DNA of 64,000 nt from a bacterium (GTDB lineage: Bacteria > Zhuqueibacterota > Zhuqueibacteria > Oceanimicrobiales > Oceanimicrobiaceae). The translations under genes and the position numbers were made by a program. This document shows positions 52,445-62,707 of this stretch, piece after piece (the stretch's first letter is position 1; each line of letters opens with the position of its first letter). Under the pieces are notes generated by a model. It did no database searches. It was not told where the DNA came from and saw nothing but the letters and a program-made list of their open reading frames with translations. The stretch spans positions 117,638 to 181,637 of the forward strand of contig JBBIIG010000001.1 of the NCBI GenBank assembly GCA_037446635.1. The letters run 5' to 3'.

Positions 52445-53986
52445 ATGTTCGCAAAAGCGTTGGGCGCCGCGGTATTAGGAATCGATGCCTACCTGGTTGA
52501 GGTAGAGGCTCACCTCGAGAGCCAGCTTCCATACTTCGCGACGGTTGGTTTACCAGAGGGCGCGGTAAAAGAGTCGAAAGAGCGTGTATCCGCTGCTATA
52601 AAAAATTGCGGTTTCAAATTTCCACAAAAGCGCATCACCATCAACCTGGCGCCAGCGGATATTAAAAAAGAGGGCTCGGCGTTCGATCTTCCCATCGCTA
52701 TCGGAATTCTTGCGGCGATGGGACAGGTGTCGCCTGACCATCTTAATGATTTCGTCATCCTCGGGGAACTGTCGCTCGATGGCAGCCTGCGCCCCATTCG
52801 CGGCGCCCTACCCATCTCATTGGCGGCAAAAAAGGGCGGTAAAAAAGGAATTCTCCTACCAAAGCCCAACGCCAAGGAAGCCGCCATCACCACCGGCATC
52901 GATGTTTTTCCGATGAGCAATCTCGCGGAGACAGTCGATTTCTTAAACAGTGCGCTCACAGCCCAACCGTTCAGACTGAATGTGCTGGAAATTTTTTCGC
53001 AAAGCCGAAATTATGTGATTGACTTTGCGGACGTGAAAGGCCAGGAGCACGTGAAACGTGCGTTGGAAATCGCGGCCGCGGGCGGGCATAATCTGATCAT
53101 GATCGGCCCTCCTGGCTCCGGTAAAACCATGTTGGCAAAACGACTGCCCTCCATTCTGCCGGATTTGACTCTTGACGAGGCTCTGGAGACAACGAAGATC
53201 CACTCGGTTGCGGGGCTACTTCCGCCGGACACGGCTTTGATTGCTACGCGTCCGTTCCGTAACCCGCACCACACCATCAGCGACGCCGGACTCATCGGCG
53301 GCGGCAAGGTTCCCAAACCCGGCGAAGTCAGTTTGGCAAATCACGGCGTTCTCTTTTTGGATGAATTGCCGGAATTCAAAAAAAATGTACTTGAGGTCAT
53401 GCGGCAGCCGCTTGAAGATGGCAAAGTCACCATTTCGCGCGCATTGCTTTCGCTCACATATCCGGCTGAAATCATGTTAGTCGCCGCAATGAACCCCTGC
53501 CCGTGCGGTTTCAATGGCGATCCCAACAACCAGTGCTCATGCACGCCACCGCAAATTCAAAAATATTTGGCCAAAGTTTCCGGACCGTTGTTAGACCGCA
53601 TCGACATTCATATTGAAGTACCGGCTGTACGCTACAAAGAATTGTCCAGCGAAATTTCCGGAGAAAATTCCGCAACGATTCGTGAGCGCGTTAAACGCGC
53701 CAGAGAGATTCAACTCCAGCGCTTTCACGCAAGGAAGAATCTATTTTGCAACGCCCGCATGGAATCGAAAGAAATTCGTCATTACTGCAAAATTGATGAA
53801 CAGGGCCACGAATTGTTGAAAATGGCGATCACAAAATTAGGTTTGTCAGCGCGCGCTTATGATCGAATCTTGAAAGTCTCTCGCACTATCGCGGATCTGG
53901 AGGGCTCAGAAGAGATTCGTCCAGAATTCGTCAGCGAAGCGATTCAATACCGCAGTTTGGATCGAGAATTGAGGACGGGATTTTAG
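52445..53986 (+). CDS. comM: YifB/ComM Mg-chelatase-like AAA+ ATPase
   Basis: [73 protein letters not shown]. Confidence 0.97.
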   Translation: MFAKALGAAVLGIDAYLVEVEAHLESQLPYFATVGLPEGAVKESKERVSAAIKNCGFKFPQKRITINLAPADIKKEGSAFDLPIAIGILAAMGQVSPDHLNDFVILGELSLDGSLRPIRGALPISLAAKKGGKKGILLPKPNAKEAAITTGIDVFPMSNLAETVDFLNSALTAQPFRLNVLEIFSQSRNYVIDFADVKGQEHVKRALEIAAAGGHNLIMIGPPGSGKTMLAKRLPSILPDLTLDEALETTKIHSVAGLLPPDTALIATRPFRNPHHTISDAGLIGGGKVPKPGEVSLANHGVLFLDELPEFKKNVLEVMRQPLEDGKVTISRALLSLTYPAEIMLVAAMNPCPCGFNGDPNNQCSCTPPQIQKYLAKVSGPLLDRIDIHIEVPAVRYKELSSEISGENSATIRERVKRAREIQLQRFHARKNLFCNARMESKEIRHYCKIDEQGHELLKMAITKLGLSARAYDRILKVSRTIADLEGSEEIRPEFVSEAIQYRSLDRELRTGF

Positions 53987-54079
53987 TGAACACGGGTCAA
54001 AAGCTCCAGACGTTCCTTTTTGGGGACTCGACGGCGATACTCGGGATCGTTGTGTTCTCCAGCGGTCAAGAGCGGGCAC

Positions 54080-56041
54080 TCATCGTGACCGCTCCAGCAC
54101 GACGACGGACCGTGGTGCGACCTCATAATGCAACCCATCGACGGCCCGCGTTGCTAAATCCTGGCGGCTGGTATCCACGACACAGTTCCAAGGGCCAGGC
54201 TGCTGGATTTGGAATTGCACCGGCTCCCAGAAGGCGTTGATCATGACGTAAAGGTCGCTCACGCCACGCAAACAATAAGCCAGACAGCGCGAATTATAAT
54301 CCACCGGGCCGGTCGCGCCGTACCAGTTCACCGCCTCGCGCCAAAACCGGCCGGAGGCGATTTCCGGGTGAGCTTTGCGGAACGCAATCATGCGTTGAAA
54401 AAACTGAAAGATGTCCCGGTTTTTTTCCAACAGCAACCAATCCAGCCATGTCGTCTCGTTGTCCTGGTTGTATGGGTTGTTGTTACCGCGTTGCGTGTTG
54501 AGAAATTCGTCGCCCGCGCAGAACATCGGTGTGCCGTTCGACAACATCAGCAGACAGAAGAAGTTCTTCACCTGTTGCCGGCGCAATGCGATCACCTCGG
54601 CGGGCGTGCCCGCATCGCCTTCCCAACCACAGTTCCAGCTCACATTGTTGTCCGTGCCATCCGTGTTGTTGTGTCCATTGGCGGCGTTGTGTTTTTGGTT
54701 GTAGGCGACGAGATCGTAGAGACAGAAGCCGTCGTGGGCCGTGATGAAGTTGACGCTCTGATAGGGCCGATAAACATCGCCGGGGCCGTCGGGAAACAAA
54801 TCATCGCTCCCGTACAATCGCTGCATCAGCGTGCCGACTTTGCCAGCATCGCCACGGATAAAGGCGCGCACATCATCCCGGTATTGGCCGTTCCACTGCC
54901 CCCAGAGCCAGCCCGGATAACTTCGGCCTAACAGATTCACCCCGATGTCCCACGCTTCGGCCACGACTCGGAAATCCCCCGCGATTGCGAGGGCGGTGAT
55001 CTCGCTAACGAGCGCAGCCTCCTCGGTCTGCGCTTGTCCGTGAATGTCGCGAGCCATGACCGACGCCAAATCGAAACGAAAACCATCCACGCCGAGATTC
55101 GCCCAATGACGCAGGCTTTGCAAGATCAGCGCCCGTGTGCCGTCGTGAGCGCACCGCAACGTGTTGCCGCAGCCGGTATCGTTCCAGTAGTGTCCGTCCG
55201 GTCCGAGCAGGTAGTAACTGCTGTTGTCAATCCCGCGCCACGAATAGGTCGGGCCAGTATGATCGCCTTCGCATGTATGATTGTACACCACGTCGAGCCA
55301 GCCCTCGATTCCCGCTGCGTGAAATGCCCGGACCATCTGGCGAAACTCGGCCACCGCATCGCGCACCGCGTAACCTTGATGCGGCGCAAAAAAGTTCAAC
55401 GTCATGTAGCCCCAGTAGTTGCCCTCCTGCGGATCAAACTGATGGACCGGCAACAACTCGACGACGGTCACGCCGAGCTTTTTTAGGTAAGGAATCTTCT
55501 CGATCAATCCGAGAAACGTCCCGCGCCTTTCCTTAGTCACGCCGGAGTTCGCACGCGCCGTGAAACCTTTGACATGCAACTCATAAATCACAATCTCGTG
55601 CCACGCACGCCGGGGCCGCGAGCTTTTTTCAGGCACCAGCTTCCTCATGGGCAACACCCCAAGCGGCGCGCGTCCATCGTTCGCGCCCGGCTGCATCGCG
55701 GTCGCACGCGAAAATTCCGGCGGAAAGAACACTTCTGTGGCAAACGGGTCGAGCAACACCTTTTGCGCGTCAAACCGGTGCATCGCCCCGGTTGGGCCTT
55801 CGACCCGGTAGGCGTAGTATCGTGCCCCTGACGCCGCTGACTGCAACACGAAGCAATGCCAGATCCGTCCTGTTTTGTTCTGGAATGGATCGAGCCGAAG
55901 TTCGAATATTGGCTTTACGAAATCGTTGCGGTCGTACAACAGCAACGTTACGCGGGTGGCGTGTCGAGAGTACAACGTGAAGTTCCATCCATCGCCCGTC
56001 CATGTTGCTCCTGCCGGAACCGGTTGACCTTCGGTGTTCAT
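54080..56041 (-). CDS. glgX: Isoamylase/glycogen debranching enzyme (GH13)
   Basis: YELHVKGFT, NYWGY, DVVYNHT, DGFRFDLA, AEAWD, TAHDGF, GNNNPY.QDN. Start at ATG 56041 overlaps the pfk stop. Confidence 0.93.
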   Translation of the reverse strand: MNTEGQPVPAGATWTGDGWNFTLYSRHATRVTLLLYDRNDFVKPIFELRLDPFQNKTGRIWHCFVLQSAASGARYYAYRVEGPTGAMHRFDAQKVLLDPFATEVFFPPEFSRATAMQPGANDGRAPLGVLPMRKLVPEKSSRPRRAWHEIVIYELHVKGFTARANSGVTKERRGTFLGLIEKIPYLKKLGVTVVELLPVHQFDPQEGNYWGYMTLNFFAPHQGYAVRDAVAEFRQMVRAFHAAGIEGWLDVVYNHTCEGDHTGPTYSWRGIDNSSYYLLGPDGHYWNDTGCGNTLRCAHDGTRALILQSLRHWANLGVDGFRFDLASVMARDIHGQAQTEEAALVSEITALAIAGDFRVVAEAWDIGVNLLGRSYPGWLWGQWNGQYRDDVRAFIRGDAGKVGTLMQRLYGSDDLFPDGPGDVYRPYQSVNFITAHDGFCLYDLVAYNQKHNAANGHNNTDGTDNNVSWNCGWEGDAGTPAEVIALRRQQVKNFFCLLMLSNGTPMFCAGDEFLNTQRGNNNPYNQDNETTWLDWLLLEKNRDIFQFFQRMIAFRKAHPEIASGRFWREAVNWYGATGPVDYNSRCLAYCLRGVSDLYVMINAFWEPVQFQIQQPGPWNCVVDTSRQDLATRAVDGLHYEVAPRSVVVLERSR

Positions 56042-57291
56042 AATTCCTCCGGTTGGCCAGTGGCGGCCAGTGTCCCGCTCCATACGGGGCCGGCGGGGTC
56101 AACGGATTTCTTGCGGCTGGCGAGCAATTCGATAGGGAGGTGAATGAACTCGTCATGCAGGAATCCAATTACCAGCCCGGTTTTGCCGGCCATGGCGGCG
56201 TGGACGGCGTTGCGGGCGAACAAATCGCAAAGGATCGAGTCTTCGCTGTTCGCTGGGCAGCTGCGCACGTGGTAACTCGGGTCGAAGTAGCGCATCACGA
56301 TGGGAATCTTCTCCGCTTTGAAATACGCCTCTATCTGACCACGTAGGAAAGATCCGATATCGCCGAGTTTCACATTTCCGGAGGCATCGCGCTCCGCTCC
56401 CACGTTGCCTAACCAGTCCTGCCCAACGCCCTCGGACACGACAATCACGGCGTGCGCGCGCTTCAGAATCCGCTCCTTCAATGCCGCCAGAAAATTGTCG
56501 AGCTTAAACGGCACTTCCGGGATGAGGCAGAAGTTTACCTCTTGGCTTGCCACCGTCGCACCAACGGCGATGAAGCCGGCGTGACGCCCCATCACTTTCA
56601 CCAATGCGATGCCGTTGTGCACGCTGCGGGCCTCCGCGTGCGCGCGGTCGAGCACAGACGCCGCCTCCTGGACCGCAGTCAGATAACCAAAAGTACGTGC
56701 CACGAACGCCACGTCGTTGTCTACGGTTTTGGGGATTCCGACCACCGCCAGCGCGTGACCACGCTGCTGGGCCAATTGAAAAAGCTCGTTGCCACCCCGC
56801 TGCGTGCCGTCGCCGCCGACGGTGAAGAGGATGTTCACTCCAATCCGCGCGAGGTTTTCGACGGCAGCTACCGTGTTCACCGGCCCGCGCGAAGTGCCAA
56901 GCACTGTACCTCCGCGGCGATGAATATCGTTGACGAACTCGGGCGTCAGCCGAATCGGTGTTTGTCCGTTCTCCGGATCGAGTCCGGGATAGCCGCCGCG
57001 AAAACCGAGTACCTCTTTCACACCATAAGCGTGGTGCAGTTCGTTGAACAACGACCGGATGACGTTGTTCAGGCCAGGACACAGCCCACCGCAGGTGACA
57101 ATTCCCGCCCGCGTCCGTGCTGGATTGAAGAACAATTTGGCGCGCGGCCCGGCCATCTCGAATTCCCACTCCTGCCCCGACCTCGGCTGGCCGTGAATGA
57201 TCAGCTCAGGCACGGACAATTCGTCGCTAACGAAACGGCTCAATGGCGAGGGATAGCGAGGTTCTCCCAAGGTTGTTATTCGATGAAGCAT
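56038..57291 (-). CDS. pfkA: ATP-dependent 6-phosphofructokinase (group X-like)
   Basis: AGPR N-terminal extension, TCGGLCPGLN, LGTSRG, GGDGT, PKTVDND, MGRHAG, DPSY. Confidence 0.92.
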   Translation of the reverse strand: MLHRITTLGEPRYPSPLSRFVSDELSVPELIIHGQPRSGQEWEFEMAGPRAKLFFNPARTRAGIVTCGGLCPGLNNVIRSLFNELHHAYGVKEVLGFRGGYPGLDPENGQTPIRLTPEFVNDIHRRGGTVLGTSRGPVNTVAAVENLARIGVNILFTVGGDGTQRGGNELFQLAQQRGHALAVVGIPKTVDNDVAFVARTFGYLTAVQEAASVLDRAHAEARSVHNGIALVKVMGRHAGFIAVGATVASQEVNFCLIPEVPFKLDNFLAALKERILKRAHAVIVVSEGVGQDWLGNVGAERDASGNVKLGDIGSFLRGQIEAYFKAEKIPIVMRYFDPSYHVRSCPANSEDSILCDLFARNAVHAAMAGKTGLVIGFLHDEFIHLPIELLASRKKSVDPAGPVWSGTLAATGQPEEL

Positions 57292-57317
57292 GGTTCAGCT
57301 CCTTGTGGATTATAGCG

Positions 57318-58493
57318 TTATCGCTCCTGGAGTACGGCGACGCCTGGGAGTTCTTTCCCCTCGAGAAACTCCAACGACGCACCGCCGCCGGTCGAAATAT
57401 GCGTCATCTGCTTCGCCATTCCCGCTTGCTCGACCGCAGCCGCGGAATCACCGCCGCCAATAATCGTCGTCGCTCCTGACAGTTCAGCCAGCGCACTGGC
57501 AATCGCAAACGTTCCGGCAGCGAAAGGCTCCAATTCGAAGACTCCCATTGGTCCGTTCCACACGACGGTTTTCGCCTCGCGCAGATGTTGTGTGAAGAGC
57601 TCCACCGTCTGCGGTCCGATGTCGAGGATGCGCCAGCCGGTTGGGACAGCCTCTACACTGACCACACGCATTTGCGCCTTGGCATCCAGGCTATCCGCAA
57701 CTACGACATCCACCGGCAGGATTAGCTTGGAGCCGCCGTCGCGCAGCAATGTTCTGGCCTCCTCAAGTTTGTCATTCTCCACCAATGACTCTCCCACTGC
57801 TTTGCCCTGCGCTTTTAGAAAGGTGTTGGCCATGCCACCCCCAATGAGCAACGAATCCACTTTCCCCAGCAGGTTGTGAATCACCGCGATCTTGTCGGAC
57901 ACCTTCGCGCCTCCCAGCACGGAGACGAACGGTCGCGCTGGTGCCGCAAGAGCCTTCCCAAGGAAGGCCAGCTCTTTCTCCATCAAAAACCCTGAGACTG
58001 CCGGCAGGTACGAAGTTACACCAACCGTTGAGGCGTGGGCACGGTGGGCAGAGCCGAAGGCGTCGTTTACGTAAATATCTGCCAACGAAGCAAGTGCCTG
58101 GGCAAACCGGGCGTCATTGGCCTCTTCCTCTGCATGAAACCGAAGGTTCTCGAGGAGCAAAACACCGCCGCGCGGCAGCTTTTTCGTCATGCCCTCTACT
58201 ACCGGTCCAATACAGTCGGGAGCCATCTGCACTGGACGATTGAGAAGTTGGCCGAGTCGCTCAGCCACGGGCCTCAGACTGTATTTTGCCTCGGGTTTTC
58301 CTTTCGGCCTGCCAAGGTGAGAGCAAAGAATCAGTTGAGCGCCACAGCCGAGTATGTACATGATGGTTGGCAAAGCGGCGCGGATGCGCGTGTCATCACT
58401 GACCCGGCTCTTCTCTAACGGCACGTTAAAGTCCACACGGACGAGCACGCGCTTGCCGGCCATATCGATATCGCGGACCGTCTTCTTGTTCAT
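57318..58493 (-). CDS. pgk: Phosphoglycerate kinase
   Basis: [55 protein letters not shown]. Confidence 0.98.
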   Translation of the reverse strand: MNKKTVRDIDMAGKRVLVRVDFNVPLEKSRVSDDTRIRAALPTIMYILGCGAQLILCSHLGRPKGKPEAKYSLRPVAERLGQLLNRPVQMAPDCIGPVVEGMTKKLPRGGVLLLENLRFHAEEEANDARFAQALASLADIYVNDAFGSAHRAHASTVGVTSYLPAVSGFLMEKELAFLGKALAAPARPFVSVLGGAKVSDKIAVIHNLLGKVDSLLIGGGMANTFLKAQGKAVGESLVENDKLEEARTLLRDGGSKLILPVDVVVADSLDAKAQMRVVSVEAVPTGWRILDIGPQTVELFTQHLREAKTVVWNGPMGVFELEPFAAGTFAIASALAELSGATTIIGGGDSAAAVEQAGMAKQMTHISTGGGASLEFLEGKELPGVAVLQER

Positions 58494-58639
58494 TGTTACA
58501 TTCTCCTTAAATTATGAAGCAATTTCCTTTTGTCAATAGTTGTCTCCCAGGTGATTAGGAGCCGCCTACCTGCCGACAAGACTGGGCAGGGAAATGGTGA
58601 CACGACGAACGCCAACCGCTGCCGGTGTGGGCAGGCGCC

Positions 58640-58725
58640 CCCGGCCATGCAAAATCGCATTGACGATGCGAGCCAGCGCGCTGCTGATGCCGTAATAGGT
58701 CGCGCCTCTGCCGCTGATCGTGCAA
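58640..58725 (-). pseudogene. ldh: L-lactate dehydrogenase remnant
   Basis: Isolated segment ISGRGATYYGISSALARIVNAILH resembles the LDH KGATYYGI helix; no start codon or Rossmann fold nearby. Confidence 0.7.
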
Positions 58726-58744
58726 ACCGTACCAAAAACAACTC

Positions 58745-59761
58745 TTAACGAGTACCCTTCGTTGCCACATACTGAATCAAGTCCGCTACGCGAACGGAAT
58801 AGCCCCATTCGTTGTCATACCACGACACGACCTTCGCCAGGTTGCCGCCGATTACCAGTGTGTCGAGGGCGCTGAAGATCGAGGAGTGCGCATCGCCTTT
58901 GAGATCGCTGGAAACCAGTGGCTCTTCGGAATAGGCCAGAATGCCTTGCATGGGGCCTTTGGCGTATTGTTTCATCGCTGCATTGATCTCTTCGACCGTT
59001 GCATTCTTCGACAGCACGGCGGTGAAGTCAATCACCGAGACGGTGGGAGTCGGCACGCGGAACGCCATGCCGGTGAACTTTCCTTTCAGTTGCGGAATCA
59101 CCAGTCCCACTGCTTTGGCCGCGCCGGTTTCGGAGGGGACGATGTTCATCGCTGCCGCACGGGCATCGCGCGGATCTTCGGCTTCGAGATCGAGTAGCCG
59201 CTGTGAGTTGGTGTAGGAATGCACCGTGGTCAGGATGCCTTTCTCGATGCCGAAATTGTCGAAAAGAACTTTGGCGACCGGAGCCAGTCCATTGGTAGTG
59301 CAGGAGGCGTTCGAAAGGATGTGATGTTTGGCGGGATCATACATCTTCTCGTTGACGCCCAGCACGATGGTCAAATCTTCCTCCTTAGCCGGCGCGGTGA
59401 TGATCACTTTCTTGGCGACGGCATTCAAGTGCAGCTGGGCCTTGTCCCGTTGCCGGAATAGGCCGGTGGATTCGACGACGATCTCAACACCCAGCTTGGC
59501 CCAAGGCAAGCGTGCCGGATCCCGTTCGGCCAGAATCTTGACCTCGTCGCCGTCGGCCACGAAGCTGTCTTCACGCGCCACCACTTCGCCTGGGAAACGC
59601 CCATAGTTCGTATCATACTTGAGCAGGTACGTCATGATTTTGATCCGGCCGATATCATTGACCGCAACGACGTCGATCTCTTTGTCGTAGCGCTCGCGGA
59701 TGGCTTTGTAAACTTGGCGGCCGATCCGTCCAAAGCCGTTGATTCCGATTCGAATTGACAT
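58745..59761 (-). CDS. gap: Glyceraldehyde-3-phosphate dehydrogenase type I
   Basis: [41 protein letters not shown]. Confidence 0.98.
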   Translation of the reverse strand: MSIRIGINGFGRIGRQVYKAIRERYDKEIDVVAVNDIGRIKIMTYLLKYDTNYGRFPGEVVAREDSFVADGDEVKILAERDPARLPWAKLGVEIVVESTGLFRQRDKAQLHLNAVAKKVIITAPAKEEDLTIVLGVNEKMYDPAKHHILSNASCTTNGLAPVAKVLFDNFGIEKGILTTVHSYTNSQRLLDLEAEDPRDARAAAMNIVPSETGAAKAVGLVIPQLKGKFTGMAFRVPTPTVSVIDFTAVLSKNATVEEINAAMKQYAKGPMQGILAYSEEPLVSSDLKGDAHSSIFSALDTLVIGGNLAKVVSWYDNEWGYSVRVADLIQYVATKGTR

Positions 59762-59921
59762 GGTTTCATCTCCTTAGTTTTTAAGTCCAAAATCGAGAGC
59801 CCAAAGAAAACACGAGCGTGAGGGCCACAATACCAGTCGCGATACAAATCGCAGCAAAGTATCGCGAGCGGATTTGCCGCTGCGATGCTTCAGAAGAGAG
59901 AATCATATTCAAAGTCCACAA

Positions 59922-60947
59922 TTACAGACACAGCGTGGTACCTGTTCCCCGCAACTCGCTGACAGCCTGCTTCACGCGCGCGGCCATGGCCGTTTCCGCC
60001 AGGGAGAGATAAGTGCGAGGATCGTACGCCTTTTTATTGCCAACCTCGCCATCCACCCGGAGAACACCGTCATAATTTTTGAAGAAATGATCCGCAACCG
60101 GCCGGCTGAAAGCATACTGCATGTCCGTGTCGATGTTCATCTTCACCACACCGTAGTCCACCGCTTCCTGAATCTCCTCGATGGTTGAGCCGGAGCCACC
60201 GTGAAAAACGAGATAGAAGCGGGCTTGCTCGCCGTATTTTTTCACCACCGCCTCCTGACAATCTCTAAGGACTTTTGGTTTCAGCTTGACCTGGCCGGGC
60301 TTGTAAACGCCATGAACATTGCCGAAGGTCGCTGCCAGCAGATACCGCGCTCCGGCAATGGCGTTGAGACGTTTCGCGACTTCCAGCGTGTCTTCCGGTG
60401 TCGTGTACAACTTATCCGCGGCATGGCCGGTAACACCGTCCTCCTCGCCGCCCACGACGCCCGTCTCGATTTCGAGGATAAGCTCATTCTTACGGAAGCG
60501 TTCGAGTAGTTTCACTGCAATGTCGAGATTCTCTTTCAGAGAAATGGTGCTGCCGTCGAACATATGGCTGTTGAACAGGTTCGGCTTGCCTGCCGCCCGC
60601 CGCCGTTCTGTCTCTTCCACTAACGGTATGACGAATTTGTCGAGCTTGTCGGCCAAGCAGTGGTCGGTGTGGAGGGCGACGTAGATCGGGTAACGTTCGG
60701 CAACACGATGAACATGTTCGGCCAATGAAATCGCACCGAGCGCCATGTCCTTGACCGACGATCCCGATGCAAACGCGCCACCGCCGGTCGAGAGTTGGAT
60801 AATGCCATCACTCTTGCTTTCAGCCAAGCCCCGCAGCACGGCATTGGCAGAGGTCAGGGAGCTAACGTTGATCGCGGGATAGGCAAAATGCTTCTCCCGC
60901 GCGTGTTCCAACATTTTGCAGTAGATTTCATAATTTGCAACTGGCAT
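59922..60947 (-). CDS. fbaA: Class II fructose-bisphosphate aldolase
   Basis: AYPAINV, LHTDHC, SHMFDGS, GGEEDG, FGNVHGVYKPG, VFHGGSGS, KMNIDTD. Confidence 0.97.
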   Translation of the reverse strand: MPVANYEIYCKMLEHAREKHFAYPAINVSSLTSANAVLRGLAESKSDGIIQLSTGGGAFASGSSVKDMALGAISLAEHVHRVAERYPIYVALHTDHCLADKLDKFVIPLVEETERRRAAGKPNLFNSHMFDGSTISLKENLDIAVKLLERFRKNELILEIETGVVGGEEDGVTGHAADKLYTTPEDTLEVAKRLNAIAGARYLLAATFGNVHGVYKPGQVKLKPKVLRDCQEAVVKKYGEQARFYLVFHGGSGSTIEEIQEAVDYGVVKMNIDTDMQYAFSRPVADHFFKNYDGVLRVDGEVGNKKAYDPRTYLSLAETAMAARVKQAVSELRGTGTTLCL

Positions 60948-61030
60948 ATTTTTTCTCCTGAGAAATTTTCATGCACGATCTTTCCGTATCGCGCCCAGGG
61001 CGGCGCTGAGCGCGACACAAAGCAATGCCA

Positions 61031-62707
61031 TCATTGAAACAGCACCAGCGCCAGAACCTGCGCGCACAGAATGCGCAGCAACGTCGTCAATGGATACACC
61101 GTCGCATAGGCCACCGTCGGGGCGTCCGACTTGGTGATGTTCGTCGCGAACGCGAGCGCGGGCGGATCGGTGACGCTGCCGGCGATCAATCCGGTCAACA
61201 TCGCGTAGTTCGTCTTCAATACGGCGCGCGCGAACAGGCCCATCAACATCAGCGGCAGAATCGTGACACACAGACCGACGCCCAACCAGAGCAGCCCATT
61301 GGAGCTGAATACGCTCGCAAAGAACCTCGGCCCGGCCGCCAGTCCGACCGCTGCGAAAAACAGCGCAATGCCAAACTCGCGGAATGCCAGGTTGGCATTC
61401 ACCGGCATGTGACAGGCAAGCTTGCCGATGCGGCCGATTCGCCCGAGCACCAGCGCAACCATCAGCGGACCACCGGCCAGTCCCAGCCGGACCGGTTGCG
61501 GCAGTCCGGGAAAAGCAATCGGTATGGTCCCGGCCACGATTCCAAGAAAGATCCCGATGAACAGCGGAATGAAATGGGTTTCATTGAGTTCCTTGACTGA
61601 GTTGCCCAGCAGCTTCGTCGTCTTCTCCAGACTGGCTTGGTCGCCCACCACCTGCACCATATCGCCGAACTGCAGGCGCAAATTGTCGACCGCGGCCAAA
61701 TCGATGTCGGCGCGCGTGACGCGGCTTACGACAGCGCCGTGGCGCGTGGCGAGCGCGAGTTCGCCGAGCGTCTTGCCAAGCACGTCCTTGTGGGTGACGA
61801 CCACTCGACGGAACGTCACGTTGCCAGGCGCCCGGCGCAAATCCTCGTCGCTGCGCCGGCCGACAACGCGCTGGAATTTGTCGAGCCCGGCGCACGTGCC
61901 GACCGCGACAATCGCATCTCCGGTTTGCAGCACTGTGTTGCCGGCCGCCACATGAACTTCAGTTTCGCCGGCGCGGCGATGGCGCGACACGGTCACGCCG
62001 GTTTCCACGCGCGATGGAATGTCGTCGATCATCACGCCGGCCAGATTCGGGTTCTCGACAACGAGCGTGCGGTTCTCCAGTGGCTCGACCCGCCCGCGTT
62101 GTTCTTCCGCGAATGCCACGGCCTCGCGCGGCGCGTCAATCCGAAATATAGCCTTCAACACGAGCAATGTGCCGATGATGCCCACAATCGCGCCGGGATA
62201 TGAAACCGCGTACGCCAAGGCCGGCAGCGTCAACCGGTCTTTGGCGATACCGGGGATCGTCGCGAGCGTCTGTTGCGCTGCGCCGAGCGATGGCGTATTC
62301 GTGGTCGCGCCGGACAACAAGCCCAGCACGGCAGCAAAATCCATCTTGAGCAGCCAACCCAATGCGAGCGCCAGTGCCGTGCCCGATAATACCCCCGCCG
62401 CGGCGATGAGATTGAGCGTCAGGCCCTGTCGTCGAAACGCGGCAAAGAAGCCCGGCCCGAGTTGCAGGCCGATGGTGAAGACGAAAAGAATCAACCCGAA
62501 CTCTTTCACGAACTCCAGCGTGTGGTGGTCAACCGGTTTGCCGAGATGGCCGGCGATGATTCCGGCAAACAGCACGCCCGCTGTGCCCAAGCCGACGCCG
62601 CGCACTTTGAGGCTGCCGAGCGCCATCCCAGAAAAACAAACCAGCGCGAGGACGGCAACCGCGTGCGCGACGGGGTTGATGGTGGGGAGTTGAAAAAGCC
62701 AATTCAT
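61031..62707 (-). CDS. AspT/YidE (aspartate:alanine exchanger family) transporter with two TrkA-C domains
   Basis: [49 protein letters not shown]; central soluble repeats. Confidence 0.92.
   Translation of the reverse strand: MNWLFQLPTINPVAHAVAVLALVCFSGMALGSLKVRGVGLGTAGVLFAGIIAGHLGKPVDHHTLEFVKEFGLILFVFTIGLQLGPGFFAAFRRQGLTLNLIAAAGVLSGTALALALGWLLKMDFAAVLGLLSGATTNTPSLGAAQQTLATIPGIAKDRLTLPALAYAVSYPGAIVGIIGTLLVLKAIFRIDAPREAVAFAEEQRGRVEPLENRTLVVENPNLAGVMIDDIPSRVETGVTVSRHRRAGETEVHVAAGNTVLQTGDAIVAVGTCAGLDKFQRVVGRRSDEDLRRAPGNVTFRRVVVTHKDVLGKTLGELALATRHGAVVSRVTRADIDLAAVDNLRLQFGDMVQVVGDQASLEKTTKLLGNSVKELNETHFIPLFIGIFLGIVAGTIPIAFPGLPQPVRLGLAGGPLMVALVLGRIGRIGKLACHMPVNANLAFREFGIALFFAAVGLAAGPRFFASVFSSNGLLWLGVGLCVTILPLMLMGLFARAVLKTNYAMLTGLIAGSVTDPPALAFATNITKSDAPTVAYATVYPLTTLLRILCAQVLALVLFQ

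Noticed and set aside
52445..53986. comM disrupted by an insertion
   Set aside because: The ORF is full length (513 aa) with all motifs through EAIQYR.
56038..57291. PPi-dependent phosphofructokinase
   Set aside because: It has GGDG rather than GGDD at the phosphoryl-donor motif, which favours ATP.
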